In this document: piece by piece, positions 33,539-41,679 of the stretch | Layout of the letters: each line of letters opens with the position of its first letter | Numbering within the stretch: the stretch's first letter is position 1 | NCBI GenBank assembly: GCA_018065225.1 | Contig: JAGHTS010000213.1 | Span: forward strand, 1 to 45,318 | Direction of reading: 5' to 3' | DNA: 45,318 nt | DNA from: Candidatus Phascolarctobacterium caballi | Lineage (GTDB): Bacteria; Bacillota; Negativicutes; Acidaminococcales; Acidaminococcaceae | The notes under the pieces: model-generated | Databases searched by the model: none | Told to the model about the DNA's origin: nothing | The model's input: the letters and a program-made list of their open reading frames with translations, nothing else | Position numbers and translations under genes: made by a program

Positions 33539-33870
33539 TGATGGATAAAGCAGCAGTGTTGCGTCTGGGTGATGTAGTGGACGCAATAACACCAAGCGAC
33601 AGAGTAGTGATATACAACGCAGCAAAGCAGGTTGTTTACAGAGGTTACGCAGCAACGGCGCTTCATTCTGGCATTGATAGCAACAGAAAAGTAAAGCGCT
33701 TTGGTCTTGGTATGGAAACGTACAGAGCAACAGAAAAAATGTGGGATTGGGAGAAAACAGAGAAACTGCCGGAACAGATACCAGTTGAACAGTTCAGCGA
33801 ATACAAAGTAGAGCAGCTGAAACACATTTTGTATATCAGAATTGAACTGGAAAACGAATTTGCGAGGTGA
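33535..33870 (+). CDS. Hypothetical protein
   Basis: ATGA overlap with the upstream gene; 111 aa. Confidence 0.45.
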   Translation: MMMDKAAVLRLGDVVDAITPSDRVVIYNAAKQVVYRGYAATALHSGIDSNRKVKRFGLGMETYRATEKMWDWEKTEKLPEQIPVEQFSEYKVEQLKHILYIRIELENEFAR

Positions 33871-33874
33871 GCGC

Positions 33875-34099
33875 ATGGAGAAAAAGAGATATAAAGGCAT
33901 TTGCCCGGATTGCGGCGGCACATTATGGATATGCAAAAGCATTATGCAAGAAGCGGGAATGACAGATTTAGGGCACGGAACCTGCATTCACTGCAAATCA
34001 TTTCTTCATTTGGAGTTCAACGAAGACAAGCAGGAATTTGACTGCGTGAATTGGGAGAAATACAGAAGACAGATACCAGAGGGAGGGAAGAAACAGTGA
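33875..34099 (+). CDS. Zinc-ribbon protein
   Basis: ATG 33875 after GAGGTGA. 'CPDCGG..' and 'CIHC' Cys pairs. Confidence 0.5.
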   Translation: MEKKRYKGICPDCGGTLWICKSIMQEAGMTDLGHGTCIHCKSFLHLEFNEDKQEFDCVNWEKYRRQIPEGGKKQ

Positions 34100-34497
34100 A
34101 AAAAGAATGGAAACCAGCAGAACTGGAAGCAATGCCAGTAATTCTGCTATCACTTCACCAGAAATGGTGGCAAAAGATGGTTGCAGGTGAAAAGGTGCTG
34201 GAAATTAGAAAGTCAAAGCCGCAATGCAAAGCACCGTTCCGAGTGCTGGTATATGTGACGGGTGGAGTTGGCATTGCAGGTGAGTTTATTTGCCCAGAAG
34301 TGCTGGAAATAAAAGACTTTGCAGAAGCAGAAGCAAAAAGCAGAGTTCCTGCACATGATATACACAATTATGCAGCAGGCAGCAGGCGCAAAGTGTACGG
34401 CTGGGAGGTTGCGGCAGTAAAAGAATATGAGCAGGCAGCAGCACTTGAAACACTGGGAATAAAAAGAGCGCCGCAGTCGTGGCAGTACATGAGGTGA
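34096..34497 (+). CDS. ASCH/PUA-like domain protein
   Basis: GTG 34096 overlaps the upstream stop, after GAGGGAGGG. 'HQKWWQKMVAGEKVLEIRKSKP..FRVLVY' follows the ASCH pattern. Confidence 0.5.
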   Translation: MKKEWKPAELEAMPVILLSLHQKWWQKMVAGEKVLEIRKSKPQCKAPFRVLVYVTGGVGIAGEFICPEVLEIKDFAEAEAKSRVPAHDIHNYAAGSRRKVYGWEVAAVKEYEQAAALETLGIKRAPQSWQYMR

Positions 34498-34503
34498 AAA
34501 AGA

Positions 34504-35883
34504 ATGAATAGACCAGATACAACACAATTAACGCTTGGCAGTCTGTTTGATGGTATAGCAGGCTTTCCACTGGCAGCAGCCAGACACGGCATAAAAACAA
34601 TATGGGCAAGTGAGATTGAACCAAACTGCGTGGACATTGTAGAAAAGCATTTCCCGGAAGTGAAACAGCTTGGGGACATTACAAAGATTAAAGGCGACAA
34701 GATACCAGCAGTAGACATAATTAGTTTTGGTTCACCGTGTCAAAATTTATCGGTAGCAGGAAATCAAGAGGGGCTGGACGGCACGAAATCAAGCCTATTC
34801 TTTGAAGCAATACGAATAATCTATGAAATGAGAGGTGCAACAAATGGAGAATACCCAAAATACATTATCTGGGAAAATGTGGCAGGGGCTTTTTCAAGCA
34901 ATAAAGGTCAAGACTTCCGCAGGGTCCTTGAAGAAATCACAAAAACCTACATTCCAATGCCTAATAGTAGAAAATGGGCAAGTTCCGGTCTGGTTAGAAG
35001 CGGGGGGGGCAGTACAGCTTGGCGACAGTTGGACGCTCAATATTGGGGAGTGCCCCAGCGTAGAAAACGTATCTACCTTGTACACAGTTTTGGTAATGAA
35101 CGTGCAGGAAAAGTATTATTTGAGTGCGAAAGCGTGCTTGGGTATACTGCGCAGGGCAGACCAGAGGGGCAGGACGCTTCCAGAAACACTGGAAACAGCA
35201 CTGAAAGAACAGATACAGTGGCAGCAGGCTTTAAGCATGAAGCAGGGGCAAAAGCTGGAAGTGTAGCATATACAGAAAACAAAGCGCCAACACTTCTGGC
35301 AGGTCAGCAGCAAGCCGTTGTTTATTCTATCGCAGGGAATGCGATTGGGAGAACTGGGAAGAACGGTGGAAACCAACTGGGAATTAACGAGGGGGTGAGC
35401 CACACACTGACGGCAACAGACAGACACGCAGTGGCAGCACCGCAATTTTTTGAGGGGCACCAGTACGGAGGTTACAGAGAAGCAGGAACAGCGGGGACAT
35501 TATCGGCAGGACAAGGAAAATTAAGAGGTGACACACCGCTTGTGGTAGAAGAAAACCATAGTTACAGACTATCTGGCTATGGAGATTACAAAGAGGGAAT
35601 AGGAACACTGCGTGCCAGCGGTGGAGATTACGGCGGCGGTTCGGAAAACTTTATTGTCACAATAAAGAAAATTGCTGAAAAGGTCAAATATCTTGTGCGC
35701 AGACTGATACCGATTGAATGTGAACGGCTTGACGGCTTCCCGGACGACTGGACAAGATACGGCGCAAGCGGTAAAGAAATGTCAGACACGGTGCGTTATA
35801 AAGCACTTGGAAACAGCATTGCGGTTCCGTGCGCAGAACGTGTATTTGTTGGCATTTTGGCAGCAGAAGAAATGAGGAACTAA
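34504..35883 (+). CDS. dcm: DNA (cytosine-5) methyltransferase
   Basis: Motifs I 'LFDGIAGF', IV 'GSPCQNLS', VI 'ENVAG', VIII 'QRRKRIYLV' and X 'GNSIAVP', in canonical order. Confidence 0.9.
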   Translation: MNRPDTTQLTLGSLFDGIAGFPLAAARHGIKTIWASEIEPNCVDIVEKHFPEVKQLGDITKIKGDKIPAVDIISFGSPCQNLSVAGNQEGLDGTKSSLFFEAIRIIYEMRGATNGEYPKYIIWENVAGAFSSNKGQDFRRVLEEITKTYIPMPNSRKWASSGLVRSGGGSTAWRQLDAQYWGVPQRRKRIYLVHSFGNERAGKVLFECESVLGYTAQGRPEGQDASRNTGNSTERTDTVAAGFKHEAGAKAGSVAYTENKAPTLLAGQQQAVVYSIAGNAIGRTGKNGGNQLGINEGVSHTLTATDRHAVAAPQFFEGHQYGGYREAGTAGTLSAGQGKLRGDTPLVVEENHSYRLSGYGDYKEGIGTLRASGGDYGGGSENFIVTIKKIAEKVKYLVRRLIPIECERLDGFPDDWTRYGASGKEMSDTVRYKALGNSIAVPCAERVFVGILAAEEMRN

Positions 35884-35884
35884 C

Positions 35885-36466
35885 ATGGACAAGATACAAC
35901 GTGAGAAGATAGCTGAAAAGCTAAAAAAGATTAAAGCGCTTGCAGAACGTGGCGTGGGCGGTGAAAAAGAAACCGCAATGAGAATGTATGAGGAATTAAA
36001 AGCCAGATATGAAATTGAAGACGAAGAAATAATGCTGGACGCAGTGACACTTCACTGGTTTTCGTTTTCAACACAGCAAGAAAAAGCATTGTTGCACCAA
36101 ATATTCTACATGGTCACTGCTGACCCGTCATATCACCATTATACGGGCAAGTACAGCAGAAGAAAGAAACTGGGGCATGATTGCACAGAGATTGAAGCGG
36201 CAGAAATAACACTGCTATACAATTTCTATAAAGCAGAATTAGAAAGAGAGTATGAAGCGTTCTGGATAGCTTTTAAGTGCGGGAACAATCTTTATCCAGA
36301 TAAAAACGCCCGCTGCTACAAAGAAGACGAAGAAGAAAGACCAGCGCCGGAAAGAAGCGACGAAGAAAAACGCATGATGAAAAAAGCGGCGTGGTATTCA
36401 GAAATGATGGACAAAAGGAAACCACCACGGGCTTTGCTGGGAGGAGCGGAGGTGGAAGAAGACTGA
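35885..36466 (+). CDS. DUF2786-like N-terminal domain protein
   Basis: 'KIAEKLKKIKALAERGVGGEKETAMRMYEELKARYEI'. Paralogous N-terminus to the next gene. Confidence 0.5.
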   Translation: MDKIQREKIAEKLKKIKALAERGVGGEKETAMRMYEELKARYEIEDEEIMLDAVTLHWFSFSTQQEKALLHQIFYMVTADPSYHHYTGKYSRRKKLGHDCTEIEAAEITLLYNFYKAELEREYEAFWIAFKCGNNLYPDKNARCYKEDEEERPAPERSDEEKRMMKKAAWYSEMMDKRKPPRALLGGAEVEED

Positions 36467-36855
36467 TGGAAGAAAAGCAGAAAATCATTGAAAAGCTGGT
36501 GAAGATAAAAGCGCTTGCGGAACGTGGTGTGGGTGGCGAAAAGGTCACAGCCTTGCAGATGTATGAAGCATTAAAGAGAAAATACGGCATATCTGATGAA
36601 GAGGTGCAGCAGGCAGAAGCGGTGCCAGTGGATATAAACAAAATTGACCTAAAACGATACTGGGGGCTTGCATTCCAACTGGCAACAATAGCGGCAAGCC
36701 TGCAAGAAGAAATGGACTTTTGCAACAAATGCCCATACACCCACACAGAGGATTGCGGGGAATGTAGCACGCATTGGAATATAAGGGATATACAGCTTGA
36801 ATTTGAAACGGCACAACAACGACTTGCGAAAGCAGCAATGGAGGTAAAGGCATAA
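36466..36855 (+). CDS. DUF2786-like N-terminal domain protein (paralogue)
   Basis: ATG 36466 overlaps the upstream stop (TGATG). 'KIIEKLVKIKALAERGVGGEKVTALQMYEALKRKYGI'. Confidence 0.5.
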   Translation: MEEKQKIIEKLVKIKALAERGVGGEKVTALQMYEALKRKYGISDEEVQQAEAVPVDINKIDLKRYWGLAFQLATIAASLQEEMDFCNKCPYTHTEDCGECSTHWNIRDIQLEFETAQQRLAKAAMEVKA

Positions 36856-37145
36856 TGGTAGCAAGAAAACCAAAAAAGCCAAAGCACAAAAAGAGCGAAT
36901 ACCCAACATTGACCGGGAAACCGCAACTGGGTTATCTAAATTCATATTATTGCCCGGTATGCGGAAAGCATTTGTTTTCTGCATACGACGCAGACATGAG
37001 GAAAGACAGAGAAGACGGCTATTATTTCCATGTGTCAAATGATTTTAATTATTGCAGCAAATGCGGAACACTTCTGGACTTGGACGAATGGAAGAGAAAA
37101 GAAGAACCGACGACAGCTGATGAAGAAATACAGCTGGAAGATTGA
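36855..37145 (+). CDS. Zinc-ribbon protein
   Basis: 'YYCPVCGKH' and 'NYCSKCGT' Cys pairs; 96 aa. Confidence 0.5.
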   Translation: MVARKPKKPKHKKSEYPTLTGKPQLGYLNSYYCPVCGKHLFSAYDADMRKDREDGYYFHVSNDFNYCSKCGTLLDLDEWKRKEEPTTADEEIQLED

Positions 37146-37156
37146 GAGGTGAGAAG

Positions 37157-37516
37157 ATGAAAAATAATCACTTGCTTTATGTGTGCAGCCCATACCGGGG
37201 AGAGGTGAAGCGCAATAAAGAATATGCAAGAGCATTGACAAAAGCAGCATTAAACAACGGCTTTGTGCCAGTGACGGTGCATTTATATTTAACAGAGGTT
37301 ACAGACGACAACATACCAGAAGAAAGAAGCCGGGGAATGGCAGCAGGAATGGCAGTGCTTGAAAACTGCAAATTCATTCTGGTTGGCGACAGATACGGAA
37401 TATCAGAGGGAATGAAAGCAGAATTGACGTTCGCAGCACTCAAAGGAATTATAATGCTGTACGAAGCGGACGGGAAAATATATTTGATGGATAGCAAAGA
37501 AGAATACAGAGCATAG
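37157..37516 (+). CDS. Nucleoside 2-deoxyribosyltransferase-like / DUF4406-like protein (tentative)
   Basis: ATG 37157 after GAGAGGTGAGAAG. 'LLYVCSPYRGE..' N-terminal strand-loop pattern. Confidence 0.3.
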   Translation: MKNNHLLYVCSPYRGEVKRNKEYARALTKAALNNGFVPVTVHLYLTEVTDDNIPEERSRGMAAGMAVLENCKFILVGDRYGISEGMKAELTFAALKGIIMLYEADGKIYLMDSKEEYRA

Positions 37517-37528
37517 GAGGAAAAGAAC

Positions 37529-38227
37529 ATGGACCAGAAAAAAACAGAAAAGACAGCAGAGCAGCTGGCAGCGGAGCAGGCAGAAAGAGAAGCAGAGGAA
37601 AAGAGAAAGCAGGAAGCGGAAACAAAACGACTTGAAGAGGTGCAGAAGTTCAAGAATTATTATTCATACATCAAGAGAGCGGGAGCAGACAAACTGCTTG
37701 AATGGTTGGAAGAAAAAGGCTTTTTCAATGCACCAGCAAGCACGAAGTATCACGGAAATTATGCAGGTGGATTGGTTGAGCATTCAAACCATGTATTCAA
37801 AAGATTGCTTCATTTGGCAGAGGACGAAGACAGAAGACAGAACAAAACAACGCCGGAATATACACTGGACTCAATAGCACTTGTGGCACTTCTGCATGAT
37901 GTATGCAAGATAGACGCATACAAGATTGAAACAAAGAACCAGAAACAGAAAGACGGTAGCTGGAAGCAGGTTGAAAGCTACACATATACAAACGCTTTCC
38001 CGGTTGGACATGGCGAAAAGTCAGTGTTCCAGATTATGCGCTTTATGCAGTTGTCGGACGAAGAATTGATGGCTATTAGATGGCACATGGGACCATTTGA
38101 CAGCGCAGTAAAAGGCGGCAGCTATGATATGAACAATGCTTTTTCAGAAAGCAGGCTGGCTGCAATGCTTCATTTAGCAGATATGATGGCAACGCACTTG
38201 GACGAAAGAGAGGACAAGGGCAAATAA
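37529..38227 (+). CDS. HD-domain phosphohydrolase
   Basis: 'VEHS', 'ALLHDVCK', 'VGHGEKS' and 'IRWHMGPFD' metal-ligand-like motifs. Confidence 0.6.
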   Translation: MDQKKTEKTAEQLAAEQAEREAEEKRKQEAETKRLEEVQKFKNYYSYIKRAGADKLLEWLEEKGFFNAPASTKYHGNYAGGLVEHSNHVFKRLLHLAEDEDRRQNKTTPEYTLDSIALVALLHDVCKIDAYKIETKNQKQKDGSWKQVESYTYTNAFPVGHGEKSVFQIMRFMQLSDEELMAIRWHMGPFDSAVKGGSYDMNNAFSESRLAAMLHLADMMATHLDEREDKGK

Positions 38228-38620
38228 ATGTATAACAGAAAAAGGAGCGAAGCAACAGAACAAGAAAGGGTTATGAGGTGGGCAACATTCTATGAAGAGA
38301 GGTTCACGGAATTAAAACTGCTTTATCATGTGCCGAATGGCGGCAGCAGGAACCAACTTGAAGCCGCAAACCTTAAAAGGCAGGGAGTAAAAGCAGGCGT
38401 GCCAGACTTGACACTGCCTGCGCCACGGCAGCAGTACCACGGGTTATATGTGGAAATGAAGTGGGGAAAGAACAAGACAACAGAAAAACAAGACTGGTGG
38501 ATTGAGCAGCTACGGAAGCAGGGCTACAAAGTCGTTGTGTGCTACGGCGCAGAAGAAGCAATGGACGAAATAGCAAAGTATCTGGATATTGAAGCAGAAA
38601 CGGGAAGAAAGGTGGAATGA
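38228..38620 (+). CDS. VRR-NUC domain nuclease
   Basis: 'GVKAGVPDLTLPAP..GLYVEMKWGKNKTTEKQ' is PD-(D/E)xK of VRR-NUC type; 130 aa. Confidence 0.75.
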   Translation: MYNRKRSEATEQERVMRWATFYEERFTELKLLYHVPNGGSRNQLEAANLKRQGVKAGVPDLTLPAPRQQYHGLYVEMKWGKNKTTEKQDWWIEQLRKQGYKVVVCYGAEEAMDEIAKYLDIEAETGRKVE

Positions 38621-38913
38621 TGATGGTTGACCACACATTGAAACAGACGGTGCCATATTACAGCACAATGAAGAGGGCTGGCGCATTCAGACAGCCGGAG
38701 AAGCCAAAGAAGAGAAAACGAACAACATTGACAGAATATTGCGACAGCAGAAAGAAAGTTGTATTGAAACAGCACGTCACAGTCAGTCAAGCAGCAAAAA
38801 AGTTGCACGACTACGAAGAAACGGGACTGCTGCCGTATGAGGTACAGAACCTTATTGAGCAAGTAAGAAACCTAACAAACCGTGTCAAGAAATTGGAGGA
38901 CTGGGAAGAATGA
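38617..38913 (+). CDS. Hypothetical protein
   Basis: ATGA overlap; 98 aa. Confidence 0.4.
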   Translation: MMMVDHTLKQTVPYYSTMKRAGAFRQPEKPKKRKRTTLTEYCDSRKKVVLKQHVTVSQAAKKLHDYEETGLLPYEVQNLIEQVRNLTNRVKKLEDWEE

Positions 38914-39161
38914 GCAGTGAAGAGCGCTGCTTGCTATGCGGTGAGGTTATACCAGAGGGAACGCAGGTTTGTAAAAACTGTATAGAAAAATACGACATAA
39001 AAGCCACAGAAGCAGCAGAAATGGCAGAGGAATTACGGGACGTTGCAAACGTATTGAAGATAACAGAAGCGACAGACGCAAACATAAGAACATCAATGGA
39101 AGCAATATTGAATATAGCAGACAGACTGGAAAGGAAGAACAATGGCAAGAAAAGAGGATAA
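38910..39161 (+). CDS. Hypothetical small Cys-pair protein
   Basis: ATGA overlap. 'CLLCGE..CKNC'. Confidence 0.4.
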   Translation: MSSEERCLLCGEVIPEGTQVCKNCIEKYDIKATEAAEMAEELRDVANVLKITEATDANIRTSMEAILNIADRLERKNNGKKRG

Positions 39162-39702
39162 ACAGCCACAATACCTGCCGTTAATTGTAAAAGCGAAGCT
39201 ACATACTGGCGGCAGAGAATATGAGAAGCTAAAAGAACAACTAAAAGGGCAGGGCTTCACTTGTAATCAAATGAAACACATTGTCCGTGAGGGAAACTAT
39301 CTGGACGGGCTGACGGTATATCTTTCAAAGTGGAATTACGACAACCACGAAAGCTGGCACCTTTACACATGGGAAGACACAGTGGACGAAAAAGTAATGC
39401 TGGGACTGTATGAAGCAGAACAGTATCACCCAGACGTTGCATACAGAGGTTATAAAGATAATTTTGAACAATTCAAAGCAGATTGGAAAGCGGAAACATA
39501 CGACCCCGGAATGACATTTACTTTCAAGGAAGAAGAAGTGGAAGTATTAGAGGTTGTACAAGAAGAGGTTGACAATATAGACCATCAAGAAACAAAAAGA
39601 CTTGCACAGCAGGCGTATGACGCACAAATGCGAGAGAAACACAGACGCAGGAAGCGTGAGAGTAAAAGCAGGGGCAGCAGATACAAGAAGCGTTATTTTT
39701 AG
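39142..39702 (+). CDS. Hypothetical protein
   Basis: 186 aa with a basic C-terminal tail. Confidence 0.4.
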   Translation: MARKEDKQPQYLPLIVKAKLHTGGREYEKLKEQLKGQGFTCNQMKHIVREGNYLDGLTVYLSKWNYDNHESWHLYTWEDTVDEKVMLGLYEAEQYHPDVAYRGYKDNFEQFKADWKAETYDPGMTFTFKEEEVEVLEVVQEEVDNIDHQETKRLAQQAYDAQMREKHRRRKRESKSRGSRYKKRYF

Positions 39703-39713
39703 GAGGTGCAACA

Positions 39714-39911
39714 GTGGCAAAAGGTAAAAAGCATTACAGCGGAAAAGAATTGATATTGCGCAGGCAGATACAGCGACAGCAGGAAGAGAAAACAGCCAAT
39801 CCGGGCAACAGCATGACAAAGACTTTGCAGAGGGCGAACAGCGCAAGAAGAGCAATAGAGAAAGCAAGAGAGAAAATGAGAGGGGGAACAGCAAATGGAA
39901 CAGCTGATTGA
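39714..39911 (+). CDS. Hypothetical small basic protein
   Basis: GTG start after AGGAGGTG. Confidence 0.35.
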   Translation: MAKGKKHYSGKELILRRQIQRQQEEKTANPGNSMTKTLQRANSARRAIEKAREKMRGGTANGTAD

Positions 39912-40095
39912 TTTTATTGTTGCATTATTACGCTTAACCGGGGCAGCAGTTGCAGTTCTATTCATCATGGGCGTTGCGTTCTTAATCTGGGTAATTGTAA
40001 GGGAAGCGGCTTGGGTTGTACAGCAGGAAAACAGAAGAAAATATGAGCATAAAGAACGAAAGGAAGAGAAGAACAATGCAGATGGCAGCTTTTAA
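39895..40095 (+). CDS. Hypothetical small membrane protein
   Basis: TM 'LTGAAVAVLFIMGVAFLIWVIV'. Confidence 0.4.
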   Translation: MEQLIDFIVALLRLTGAAVAVLFIMGVAFLIWVIVREAAWVVQQENRRKYEHKERKEEKNNADGSF

Positions 40096-40375
40096 GGCAG
40101 TATGCCCACTTGAACTGGGCGACACAGTGGCAATTATGAAGCCAAAGGAAAAGAGCAGCAACAAGCAGGCGTTTTACCTGCCAGAAAATGCAAATATCAT
40201 TATCGCAGGAAGCGCAGAACTGCACAAAGTATCAGACATATTGACAATGCACTATTTGAGAAATAAAGAAGTGCAGTTCTTGTATGAACTGGACAACAGC
40301 GGTCATTACGAACCATTAGACGTAAAAATGCCAGTCATGCAGTACGCAGAAGCATTGAGGAACCGTGAAAAATAA
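40076..40375 (+). CDS. Hypothetical protein
   Basis: ATG 40076; the ORF-track start at 40016 overlaps the upstream gene. Confidence 0.4.
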   Translation: MQMAAFKAVCPLELGDTVAIMKPKEKSSNKQAFYLPENANIIIAGSAELHKVSDILTMHYLRNKEVQFLYELDNSGHYEPLDVKMPVMQYAEALRNREK

Positions 40376-40376
40376 A

Positions 40377-40475
40377 ACAACTTGCGCAAGTATAAATATT
40401 GCACAAAGAATGTCTATACTTGCGCAACTATATTTGTGTATTATTACATATTGAAATTATACTTGCGCAAGTATA
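40377..40475. promoter_or_regulatory. Second operator array: three TATACTTGCGCAAGTATA-type palindromes plus AATATTGCACAAA
   Basis: 40377-40394 (half degenerate), 40415-40432 (one mismatch) and 40458-40475 (perfect). 'aatattgcacaaa' at 40395-40407 is identical to 27331-27343. Confidence 0.6.
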
Positions 40476-40479
40476 TAAT
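40451..40479 (+). promoter_or_regulatory. Sigma-70-type promoter TTGAAA-17-TATAAT with a palindromic operator in the spacer
   Basis: The spacer 'ttatacttgcgcaagta' is identical to the minus-strand promoter at 27287-27315. The identity continues through 'aaagacagtta'. Confidence 0.6.
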
Positions 40480-40520
40480 AAAGACAGTTAGAACAGCAAA
40501 GCAATATGGAGGTACACGAA

Positions 40521-40766
40521 ATGGAAAAAACATATTTTGAAGAAATCAAGTTAAGGTTTATCAAAGCTGCAATGTGGACGAATGACAATGCAAAAGACGG
40601 CGACGTGAACAGAAACCATGTAAATTATGGTTGCTGCACCTGCTGGGCACAAGTGCTGCAAGATATGGGACACGAAACAAAAGTGCCAGTATGGGAAGAT
40701 AACGGCTGCTTGAAAATTCCATTTATCGAAATAGATGGACAAAAAGTGCTTGAATTTGAAAAATAG
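40521..40766 (+). CDS. Hypothetical protein
   Basis: ATG 40521 after GGAGG; 81 aa. Its stop codon overlaps the first base of the tRNA. Confidence 0.45.
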   Translation: MEKTYFEEIKLRFIKAAMWTNDNAKDGDVNRNHVNYGCCTCWAQVLQDMGHETKVPVWEDNGCLKIPFIEIDGQKVLEFEK

Positions 40767-40838
40767 CACGGTTGGCGCAATGGATAGCGCAGCAGCTTCC
40801 GAAGCTGACGGCTGCGGGTTCAAGTCCCGCACCGTGCA
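40766..40838 (+). tRNA. tRNA-Arg (anticodon CCG)
   Basis: Hand-folded cloverleaf. Acceptor GCACGGT/ACCGTGC, D stem GCGC/GCGC, anticodon stem with 4 of 5 pairs and loop TTCCGAA, 5-nt variable loop. T stem GCGGG/CCCGC with TTCAAGT loop, discriminator A. No encoded CCA. Confidence 0.85.
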
Positions 40839-40887
40839 TTACTGGGAAACAAAGAGAACAAAGACCAGATACAAGGAGGAATACCGA

Positions 40888-41649
40888 ATGAAAGTATTAT
40901 CAATTATCAACTTAAAAGGCGGGGTGGCAAAAACAATATCCAGCGTCAATATGGCACACATACTGGCAACCGTACACGGCTGCAAAGTGCTTCTGATTGA
41001 CAATGACAAGCAGGGGAACGCTTCAAAGATACTGAACCGCCACAGCTACGACAACAAGGGAACAGCTGATGTAATGACAGAACGTGGGCTGAATATGGCT
41101 GAAATTATACAGCATACAGATTATGACGGCTTGGACATTATAACAGCAAATATGAAATTGCTGACAGCAAATCTTGAAGTTATGCTGGACCAGAAAAGAC
41201 CGCAGCAGACAAGATTTAGAAAAGCATTGGAGCAGGTACAGAAAGAATACGACTACTGTATTATTGACAATGCACCAGACATTAACATTTCAACAATCAA
41301 TGCGCTGGTAGCTTCAACAGACGTTATGGTGCCAATTACGATTGATGATTTTGCGATTGATGGGCTGGCAGAATTAAAAGAGCAGATAGACAACACCCGT
41401 GAAGATTTGAACCCAGATTTGAAGTTTTGCGGTTGTTTTATCACACAGTACGACAGAACAAATGAAGCTGACACGCAGGGCGCAGAGTATTTGCAGGCGC
41501 AGCAATACCCGGTATTCAAAACGCTTATTAGAAGAACACCAAAAATGAAACCAAGCACATTTGCAAGGGAACCAATTATTGATTATTCACCACGCTGCGG
41601 CGCTTCTGCTGACTATAAAGCGTTAGTGGAAGAATGGCTGAAAATGTGA
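40888..41649 (+). CDS. parA: ParA/Soj-type partition ATPase
   Basis: ATG 40888 after AAGGAGGA. Deviant Walker A 'NLKGGVAKTISS' and 'LIDNDKQGN'. The ORF-track start at 40735 runs through the tRNA. Confidence 0.85.
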   Translation: MKVLSIINLKGGVAKTISSVNMAHILATVHGCKVLLIDNDKQGNASKILNRHSYDNKGTADVMTERGLNMAEIIQHTDYDGLDIITANMKLLTANLEVMLDQKRPQQTRFRKALEQVQKEYDYCIIDNAPDINISTINALVASTDVMVPITIDDFAIDGLAELKEQIDNTREDLNPDLKFCGCFITQYDRTNEADTQGAEYLQAQQYPVFKTLIRRTPKMKPSTFAREPIIDYSPRCGASADYKALVEEWLKM

Positions 41650-41679
41650 CCAATTCGGACACGTTAGGAGGGAAGAAAG

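Noticed and set aside
34835-35266. 143-aa alternative-frame + ORF inside the methyltransferase gene, with others at 9440-9742, 32827-33200 and 25172-25649
   Set aside because: They are nested in other frames of genes with strong motif support, and have no SD or recognisable motifs.
40735-40887. ORF-track N-terminal extension of parA (start 40735)
   Set aside because: The extension runs straight through the tRNA-Arg gene. A strong SD plus ATG at 40888 gives a ParA that begins at the Walker A motif.
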